DNA from: Nitrosopumilaceae archaeon
GTDB lineage: Archaea; Thermoproteota; Nitrososphaeria; Nitrososphaerales; Nitrosopumilaceae
DNA length: 64,000 nt
Assembly (NCBI GenBank): GCA_965209085.1
Contig: OZ242376.1
Span: forward strand, 224,001-288,000
Direction: 5' to 3'
Under the pieces are notes generated by a model. That model was not told where the DNA came from. It worked only from the letters and a program-made list of their open reading frames with translations, and ran no database searches. The translations under genes were made by a program, and so were the position numbers. This document shows, one piece after another, positions 29,081 through 37,525 of this stretch. How positions within the stretch are numbered: position 1 is the stretch's first letter; each line of letters starts with the position of its first letter.

Positions 29081-31168
29081 ATGGCATCAGTTGAAGTTGT
29101 CACAATGACAGAGTCAGCATTAGCTCAGCATGTAAAAGATTTTATCACAGGATTCCGCAAAAACGGCCAGTACACGTACGTTGAGAGAATAGATGCAATG
29201 ATGCCAAAGAGGCTAAAGGCGGCGGTCATCGATTACAACGATCTGGTAACGTATCCGATGTTTGATTCGATGGTTAATGAAAATCCTGACCGCATACTGC
29301 GGGCATTTTCTGAAGCGATTGGGGAAATTTTGAGCGAGCGGTTTCCAGATTATGCCATAAAGATCAAAGATGAGGTACGCGCCAGAATTGTAAACTATCC
29401 GATACAACGAAGCCTAAGGGACATCAACGCGGAGATTATCAACAAAATGACCAGTGTCTCAGGCATGGTGGTCCGGGCCTCGGAGGTAAAACCGCTGGCA
29501 AAGGAGCTGAGCTACACTTGTCCCGAAGGTCACACTACGGTGGTGACACTTAACCGCGGCATGAGTATAAAATCACCCCTGCGGTGTTCAACTCCAAAAT
29601 GCCAGCATAAAGAGCTGGAAGTGGAGCCTGAATCCAGCAAGTTTATCGATTTTCAAATATTGCGTATACAAGAGCTCCCCGAAGATCTGCCGCCAGGACA
29701 GCTTCCGCATTATGTTGACGTTACAGCAAAACAGGATCTAGTTGATAGTGCGCGCCCGGGCGATCGCATAGTGCTTACCGGCGTGGTCCGCATAGAGCAG
29801 GAACCGATTGCAGGAGTGATGCGGGCAAACAGTGCACTGTACCGTCTCCGTCTTGAGGGGAATAACGTGGAATTTTTGGGCGGTCACGGTGCAAAAAGAT
29901 CCAGAAGAACAGAACGTGAAGAGGTTACAGCAGATGAAGAAAAACAGATAAGATCTCTCTCGCAAAACCCGGACATTTACACGCGCCTGATTGATTCTTT
30001 TGCACCGCATATACGCGGACAAGAGCTGATTAAAGAGGCAATAATGCTGCTTATCGTAGGCTCTACGCAGAACATACTGCCGGATGGGACAAAAAACAGG
30101 GGCGACATTAACGTATTTCTTGTAGGAGATCCGGGTACTGCAAAATCAGAGATGCTAAAGTTTTGTGCAAGAATAGCGCCGCGCGGACTGTACACGTCCG
30201 GAAGAGGCTCCACTGCGGCGGGTCTGACAGCTGCGGTGGTGCGCGACAAGTCTGGAATAATGATGTTAGAAGCTGGAGCTGTGGTTTTGGGCGATCAGGG
30301 TCTTGTATGCATAGACGAGTTTGATAAAATGAAGCCTGAAGATCGGAGCGCACTGCACGAGGTCATGGAGCAACAGTCCGCAAGCATAGCCAAAGGGGGA
30401 ATTGTGGCCACACTGAACGCTAGAACCTCAATTTTGGCCGCGGCAAATCCGATATTTGGAAAATACGATCCGTACAAAAATATCTCTGAAAACATAAATC
30501 TGCCAATACCCCTGCTGACCCGTTTTGACCTGATATTCGTGGTGCGCGACAAACCCTCAAAAGAAAAAGACCGCAACATTGCAACGCACATTATAGAGCG
30601 CAACACCCGCGCGACACAACAAGGACCGTCAATCATCGACATTGATATGCTGACAAAATACCTCACTTTTGCGAAAAAAGGCAAGCCAACATTGATGCCA
30701 GGGGCCAAAAAAATGATAATAGACTATTACCTAAAGATGCGCAACGTGGAGGATGAGGATATGATTACAGTCACCCCACGCCAGCTTGAAGGCTTGGTGC
30801 GTCTTGCAACGGCTCGCTCCAGGATACTTTTGAAAACCCAAATCGACGAGGAGGATGCAGAGCGGGCAATATACCTGATTGAAAACATGCTGCACGATGT
30901 CGGAGTTGACGTAAACACGGGCAAGGTGGATCCGGGAGTATTGCATGGAAAACCGCGTAGCGAGATGTCTAGAATGCAGGCCTTTATGGACATGATAAAG
31001 GCACTGGAAGGCATTCCAAGACAGCCTGTTCCAGAGGATGCACTGCTTGATGATCTTGAAAAATCAGGCAAATTTACCCGTGAGGCTGCCCGCATCTTTA
31101 TAGAAAAAATGCTGGCCGAGTCTGTAATATTCGAATCAAGACCGGGACACTATAACACGGTAAATTAG
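29081..31168 (+). CDS. mcm: MCM replicative helicase
   Basis: GDPGTAKS, IDEFDKM, AAANP, TRFD and TPRQLE motifs; no intein. Confidence 0.96.
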   Translation: MASVEVVTMTESALAQHVKDFITGFRKNGQYTYVERIDAMMPKRLKAAVIDYNDLVTYPMFDSMVNENPDRILRAFSEAIGEILSERFPDYAIKIKDEVRARIVNYPIQRSLRDINAEIINKMTSVSGMVVRASEVKPLAKELSYTCPEGHTTVVTLNRGMSIKSPLRCSTPKCQHKELEVEPESSKFIDFQILRIQELPEDLPPGQLPHYVDVTAKQDLVDSARPGDRIVLTGVVRIEQEPIAGVMRANSALYRLRLEGNNVEFLGGHGAKRSRRTEREEVTADEEKQIRSLSQNPDIYTRLIDSFAPHIRGQELIKEAIMLLIVGSTQNILPDGTKNRGDINVFLVGDPGTAKSEMLKFCARIAPRGLYTSGRGSTAAGLTAAVVRDKSGIMMLEAGAVVLGDQGLVCIDEFDKMKPEDRSALHEVMEQQSASIAKGGIVATLNARTSILAAANPIFGKYDPYKNISENINLPIPLLTRFDLIFVVRDKPSKEKDRNIATHIIERNTRATQQGPSIIDIDMLTKYLTFAKKGKPTLMPGAKKMIIDYYLKMRNVEDEDMITVTPRQLEGLVRLATARSRILLKTQIDEEDAERAIYLIENMLHDVGVDVNTGKVDPGVLHGKPRSEMSRMQAFMDMIKALEGIPRQPVPEDALLDDLEKSGKFTREAARIFIEKMLAESVIFESRPGHYNTVN

Positions 31169-31441
31169 CAGGGCTCACATTATATCTGTAATTTATATGA
31201 AAAATAATGCTGTTTAATCTGCAAGGTTACAAACTGGTGTGGTAGTGTTCAACCTGGGTATTTTAAATTGATAATCACTTGCAATAATTCCCGTCTTTGT
31301 CGGATGTGATATCAGTTTTCTGATGTCGCTTTAGCAAATGATATGATTTAATGATGATTTTGGTATTTGCAGACAAGTCGATCAATGGTTGTGCAACATT
31401 ATAATCTCACAGCATAAATTTCGTAGAGATTCATCCAAACA

Positions 31442-32743
31442 TCATGCGGTAGGATCTGAGATTCTGCCCATAAAGAGTATGATATTGGTCTCATCATCCC
31501 AAATTGCGAATATAAATGGATGATCCGCCCGGAATGTGATTATATCTATATAATCTGTATCAGTCTCGCTAGTGATGCCAACAGTCATTGATGTTACAGC
31601 TGCAGCTTCGGTTCCTATTTCATTTACATTCACAAATGCTCTATGAGTAATGTCACCAATATGCAAACTAGTCGCGGTTTCGTGCGTTATGCCTGTTAAA
31701 TCCGCAATGCTGGGATCAAACGCATCATGTATTCCAAGATTTTTAAATGCGGATATTGTCGTCTTGTCGCCATATTTGGTATTTATTTCGAATTTTGGAA
31801 TATACATCTGTACAATATGGGGTTTTGTGTTTCCAATCCATTCTGTAAACATATCATATGTCAGATTATTCTTCAAGTGTCCTAAACCGTCCCTGTCTTC
31901 TGGCAGTGCTATTATCATTGATAGGCGGTTTGAATCAGATTTATATGGAATTTTTAATATCTGCACGCCGTCTATTTTTGCATAATGTATTTGGTTAACA
32001 ATCTGCTCCATCATATCTGCATCCACACTATTTTTGGCACTGATCCAAAACTCACTTTCTTGGGTATCAAATGCATCAAATTCATGCATCCAGGAGGCGT
32101 TAAAATATACCGCGTTGGTTATGATAACTTTCAAATCTTTATCAGATAATACATCATTGCTAATTATTTTGGGTATTTTTCCTCTTGTTGAATCATTTGC
32201 CCATTTGTTGATTTTATCAGCACTTTTACTGTCAAATGAATCTGCAACACCGTCATAATGGATATTTACTATATCTGCATATTCGGGACTGACTTTATAG
32301 TCATCTCTAATCCACAGGGCGTTTGCCACGTTTAATTCATAATTCAAATTTTCACTCGTTAAACTATCCGTTATATTTTTCAGTCCCAATCTACGTGCAT
32401 CATCCTCAGAGGGTATGCCAAGTGCCTTTTCCATCTCTAGTGCCGTATTGCCCCGTGCCCCCTCGTAAGTCATCGTCATGGCCGTAAGAATGCTAAAAGG
32501 TGAAAAAAAGATGTTTTTTTGCGTGTCAGTTTCCAACAATTTGAATAAATCTATGGCTACCTGGTTGTTTGCCTCTGAAACAGAAACTGATTGGTTAAAT
32601 GACAATGTATGATTAACCAGGAGTTTTTCATTATTAGTTGCAGGCTGTACGTCAATATTGTCGGCAGGAATTACAAATACAAGCGAAACCACTATAGCTA
32701 TAACTGTTACAATTGCAATCATTATTAATTTGTTGGATAACAA
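31442..32743 (-). CDS. Secreted or membrane-anchored serpin (serine protease inhibitor)
   Basis: N-terminal hydrophobic segment, NIFFSPFSI, NAVYFNASW, hinge EIGTEAAAVT and FRADHPFIF...LFMGRI. The start is uncertain (32743 or 32722). Confidence 0.9.
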   Translation of the reverse strand: MLSNKLIMIAIVTVIAIVVSLVFVIPADNIDVQPATNNEKLLVNHTLSFNQSVSVSEANNQVAIDLFKLLETDTQKNIFFSPFSILTAMTMTYEGARGNTALEMEKALGIPSEDDARRLGLKNITDSLTSENLNYELNVANALWIRDDYKVSPEYADIVNIHYDGVADSFDSKSADKINKWANDSTRGKIPKIISNDVLSDKDLKVIITNAVYFNASWMHEFDAFDTQESEFWISAKNSVDADMMEQIVNQIHYAKIDGVQILKIPYKSDSNRLSMIIALPEDRDGLGHLKNNLTYDMFTEWIGNTKPHIVQMYIPKFEINTKYGDKTTISAFKNLGIHDAFDPSIADLTGITHETATSLHIGDITHRAFVNVNEIGTEAAAVTSMTVGITSETDTDYIDIITFRADHPFIFAIWDDETNIILFMGRISDPTA

Positions 32744-32873
32744 TATTACCTGTTGTATAATGATATATTTATAATTTTTTGATTGAGGTTCTGTGAAGTT
32801 ATCGGTGCATAGGCGTGAATATGGATATTCTTTGAATTGATTGTAAATATGCAAATAGGATGAATTATATAAT

Positions 32874-34273
32874 AGACCTCATGCATAATTAACTAAAAAA
32901 TCAATTTTGGCAAATCGAAAGATCTATGATCTAGTATCATGTGAGCATAGCATGTGCAAATCAGACAAACGCATGATCTCTAAACTGGAAAAGACGATCT
33001 TAAAGATGGAAAAGACGATCCTAAAGATGGAAAAGAATAGCTCCAGGCAGGAATCAGAAATTCAACACTACAAAAAGATGGCACAGAGTAGCAATGATGA
33101 CAAAAGACAACATGTCGATAAATATTTGAACAAGGGAATTGGGAATGATGTTCATCTATATGAAATGACAGGAATGAACCGTGAAGAATTTGAATGGATT
33201 CTAGAACGGTTCAAAAAAACCGTAGAAAATTCATCAGAGATTCCCCGCTTTTCAGAATATGTGGACGATCCTGGAAACACCTGTATCCTTACCGTAAAGC
33301 AAGTTTTGTTTATCGTATTGTGCCGCAAACGCAATAATCTCAAACAGGGAGCACTTGCGTTCATTGCAGACGTTGATCAGAGCACCATTAGCAGATATCT
33401 GACATTTTCTGATGAACTATTGATGGATATTCTTCCAACGGCTAAGAATATTGGTGCTGCAATACGGACAATACGTACAAGCGAGTTGTTTAAAAAATTC
33501 GTACCCGGCAGAGGCGGCGGCGAGCTATATCTTGATGCCACGTTTGTACAGGTTCAAAGACCGCAGGAGAATCAAGAAACAGTATACTATTCTGGAAAGC
33601 GCAAAAGGCACGTCTACAGCATACAGATAACCTCCAACAAAGATGGAGTGGTAAATGACATTGGCGGTCCAGAAGAGGGCTCAGTACATGACATGGAGGT
33701 ACTGCGGCGTAATCCGCCAAATTTTGGCAAATGGACCGATGGCATGAAAAACTCTGATACAAAAAAAGAGCGCCAAATTACACTCTACACCGACAAGGGA
33801 TACTTGTCCGTGGAAAAAGACTATCCTGGAATTATCTCAAAGCAGCCGTACAAAAAACCAAAGGGTAGGGGATTGACAGAGACAGAACGCGAATATAGCA
33901 AGAGGATCAGTCGTAAGCGCATAAAAGTAGAGCATGCCATAAACCGGCTCAAATGGTTTCGCAGAATGAGTGCCGTATATGATGACACAATGGATGCGTT
34001 TTATACAGAAATCCAAGTGGTTACAGGACTGACCAATCTGCACATCATGTTAAAGGATCGCAAGTATATCGAACCGTTGGAAAAAATTTGCCCTCAAATC
34101 AAGTAGCACATCTTTGTGCATACAGTCACGCATAATATCCTGCTTTTTGTCATGCATATGATATTTGGATTTATTTTGTTGTCTGCTTGAAGGTTTTAGG
34201 CCATATGTACTTTGATCATGACAGTGTCATAGTAGGAACCGTATGTCTTTGCAGTTGATTATGCATGAACTCT
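32874..34273 (+). mobile_element. IS5-family element, copy 2 (1400 bp; transposase 32907-34106)
   Basis: Ends AGACCTCATGCATAAT and ATTATGCATGAACTCT, flanked by AAT on both sides; intact 399-aa DDE ORF. Confidence 0.88.
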
Positions 34274-34276
34274 AAT

Positions 34277-35631
34277 AGACCTTATGCATAATTAACCAAA
34301 AAATCAATTTTGACAAATCGAAAGATCTATGATCTAGTATCACATTCGTACAGCATGTGTGCCCCAGACAAGCGTATAATCGCCCAGCAAACAGAGATGA
34401 TCTCCAAGCTTGAAGCAGAAATTCAACACTACAAAAAAACGATACATGATAATGAGGTCGAAAAGCAACAATCTGCCTACGAATATTTGAACCACATAAT
34501 TGATGATGACAATTATTTGTACGGGACGACTGGAATGAACCGTGAAGAGTTTGAATGGATTCAGGAACGGTTTGAAAAAGTTATCGAATATTCGCCCAAG
34601 GTCCCCCGCTTTTCAGATTATGTCGACGATCCTGGAAACACCTGTATTCTCACTGCATCTCAAATTTTGTTTGTCACACTGTGCCGCAAACGCAACAATC
34701 CTAAACAGGAATTGCTTGCGGCCATTGCAGGCGTTGATCAGAGCACCATCAGCAGATATCTGACCTTTTCTGATGAATTGTTGATGAATATTCTTCCAAC
34801 GGCTAAGAATATTGGTGCTGCAATACGGACAATACGTACAAGCGAGTTGTTTAAAAAATTCGTACCCGGCAGAGGCGGCGGCGAGCTGTATCTTGATGCC
34901 ACGTTTGTACAGGTTCAAAGACCGCAGGAAAACCAAGAGGTAGTATACTCTGGAAAGCGTAAGAGGCACGTCTACAACGTACAGATAACCTCAAACAAAG
35001 ACGGGCTGGTACTTGACATTGGCGGACCTGAAGATGGCTCAGTACATGACATGGAGGTACTGCGGCGTAATCCGCCAAATTTTGGCAAATGGACCGATGG
35101 CATGAAAAACTCTGATACAAAAAAAGAGCGCCAAATTATGCTATATACTGACAAGGGATATCTGTCCGTGGAAAAAGACTATCGGGGCATTATCTCAAAG
35201 CAGCCGTACAAAAAACCAAAGGGCAGAGGATTAACAGAGACAGAACGCGAATACAGCAAGAGAATCAGTCGTAAGCGCATAAAAGTAGAGCATGCCATAA
35301 ACTGGCTCAAATGGTTTCGCAGAATGAGTGCCGTATATGATGACACAATGGATGCGTTTTATACAGAAATCCAAGTGGTTACAGGACTGACCAATCTGCA
35401 CATCATGTTAAAGGATCGCAAGTATATCGAACCGTTGGAAAAAATTTGCCCTCAAATCAAGTAGCACATCTTTGTGCATACAGTCACGCATAATATCCTG
35501 CTTTTTGTCATGCATATGATATTTTGATTTATTTTGTTGTCTGCTTGAAGGTTTTAGGCCATGTGTACTTTGATCATGACAGCGTCATAGTCGGAACCGT
35601 ATGTCTCAGTGATTGATTATGCATAAGGCCT
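34277..35631 (+). mobile_element. IS5-family element, copy 3 (1355 bp; transposase 34310-35464), in tandem with copy 2
   Basis: Near-identical to copy 1; AAT at 34274-76 and 35632-34. Confidence 0.9.
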
Positions 35632-35645
35632 AATAAATGTAATAT

Positions 35646-35840
35646 GTGAATAATATGGGCATTATTGGTACCTATTCGGTAGTTGTGAAATGTGAAAATT
35701 GTGGTACGGGTAATAAAATTGTTATTTCTAAAGGTGTAACGATTGGGAGTAGCTTGAAGAATATCCGTGATGTATGTGGTAATTGTGGCTGTCCGTTAAA
35801 ACGTAGAGCAAATTATACCGCAGATCATAAATTCGTTTAA
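35646..35840 (+). CDS. Small zinc-finger-like protein
   Basis: CENCG...CGNCGC in a 64-aa ORF. Confidence 0.45.
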   Translation: MNNMGIIGTYSVVVKCENCGTGNKIVISKGVTIGSSLKNIRDVCGNCGCPLKRRANYTADHKFV

Positions 35841-36085
35841 ATTCTGAATGATGTTCATAAATGATTCATGTTTTTTACATCTATAACTTCGTCATATTAT
35901 GATATTATTGATGGTTTTTTTAAACGAATTAATGCTTTGGGGTATAACAATAAAGTGATCTTTTTTTCACACCAACCGATAAACTTTTAGATCGCTAAAA
36001 TACATTAGACTTCATGCATAATGGGTCAAATTCACAATTTTTACGAATAAAAATGACCGATTTGAACGATTATGCATAACCATAT

Positions 36086-37208
36086 GTGAAGAGAGCTTCT
36101 AAGACCACAGATGGTTGTAAGAATGTCAAACGATCCGTATCACCGAAACGTAAATCATCTAAAAAAGATCCAAATGCAAACAAACAGATTACCACATATT
36201 CTGGGAAGAATATGTTTGTTGGAATGGACGTTCACAAGAAATTTCTTCAAGTTGCAATGATGGATAAAAAAGCCAAAGTGATTTTTAATGAGAGGATTGA
36301 AAATGAAAACAAGTCCATCAGTCGATTCTTCAGATCAAGCGTACCTGAAAATGCAAAAATCGTAATGGAATCTTCATCCGTATGGTACGGTCTATATCGA
36401 TACATGACAGATAAAATGGGTTATAATGTCGTATTGTCAAATCCATGGGCGACAAAAATCATCGCCGCATCCAAGAAAAAGACCGACAAGAGGGATGCTG
36501 TAACACTTGCAGACCTATTACGGTGCGGATACATATCCCTCTGTCATGTCTCAAACAAGGACATAGTGGAACAACGGCAACTTGTACGATATCGCGACAG
36601 CCTTGTCAAGACAAGGACAACTCTAAAAAACAAAATACATGGAATTTTGTTACAGGGAGGGATAAAGATCTTTGGAGCAACATTTACGCTTACATACAAT
36701 AGAAAACTGCGTTCTCTAAAGGATTATCGTATAAACGGATATTTGGATTCTATTGGATTCGTTAATACAAAAATTGCAGACTCAAACATAAAAGTACACA
36801 ACGCATCCTGTTCAAACAAGGATGCAATGTTGCTCAAGACAATACCTGGCATAGGTGATTTTATTTCATTGATACTGGCAGCAGAGATTGATGGAGTTGA
36901 GAGATTTTCTGAACCAAAACAACTCAAATCATATGCAGGTCTTGCCCCATCGGTTCGCAATTCAGCAGATGTGGTCCATCACGGACATATAACAAAAAGA
37001 GGAAAGTCAGATGATGCGATGGGCACTGGTGGAAGCTGTTACCACACATGTCCGATTTGCATCAGAGAGTAACATTTCTGAATTTTACCGGCGTCTTGCA
37101 AAAAAGAGAGGATCATCCAAGGCCAAAGTTGCAGCAGCGGCCAAGATGCTGGATATCATATTTCGTATGCTAAAGGATAGGAGTGAATTTGAAATACATC
37201 ATAGTTAA
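36086..37208 (+). pseudogene. IS110 DEDD recombinase/transposase with a single +1 frameshift near 37003
   Basis: GMDVHK, VMESS and KTDKRD (DEDD), TIPGIG, YAGLAPSVRNS (catalytic Ser), then MMRWALVEA...KAKVAAAAK in the next frame. Confidence 0.88.
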
Positions 37209-37400
37209 AGCAACAAACCGCGGGTTAGACTTTGGGGATGTTACCCCGGCTGCATAACTGCGGTAAGCTTTAACATGTAGATGAAGATGGTTGTGGGATT
37301 AAATCCCGAATGGATAGATGTCTTTTATCTTTTGGTTGGAACCAGACACATAGCGAAAGCCATACCGCATGACACAAAAAAGCAAGAAACCTTTAAAAAG
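37209..37400 (+). ncRNA. Predicted bridge RNA (seekRNA-type) of the IS110 element
   Basis: Two stem-enclosed internal loops: one carries target-matching TTAGACTTT/TGCATAA, the other carries donor-matching ATGGTT/ATGGATA. Boundaries are approximate. Confidence 0.7.
37385..37399 (+). promoter_or_regulatory. Outward-facing BRE/TATA-like element at the IS110 right end
   Basis: AGAAACC-TTTAAAAA; it would lie ~30 nt upstream of the transposase GTG in the circular intermediate. Confidence 0.45.
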
Positions 37401-37525
37401 TATTCACATGGATAACCTCTATTGCCATTATTGTCTAATAATCACTAAAATTGACAAATTATGCAAGGTTGTACACCATACCACGCATGAGAATGTTTAT
37501 GGACACTATATGATGGATAATAACC

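Larger units (their letters stand above)
36080..37411 (+). mobile_element. IS110-family (IS1111-like architecture) insertion sequence
   Basis: ATAACC at both junctions (36076-81 and 37412-17), short end inverted repeats CCAT(AT)GTGAA / TTCACATGG, and a ~200-bp non-coding region 3' of the transposase gene. Confidence 0.85.
36007..37420. mobile_element. IS5-derived MITE (~78 bp) interrupted in its right TIR by the IS110 element
   Basis: Left TIR AGACTTCATGCATAAT. The right TIR reconstitutes as ATTATGC-ATAACC-TCT. ATT TSD at 36004-06 and 37421-23; the interior matches the MITE at 51360. Confidence 0.8.

Noticed and set aside
29081-31168. Possible inteins in MCM or RFC, or introns in the tRNAs
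   Set aside because: The proteins are of normal length with contiguous motifs, and all five tRNAs fold without introns.
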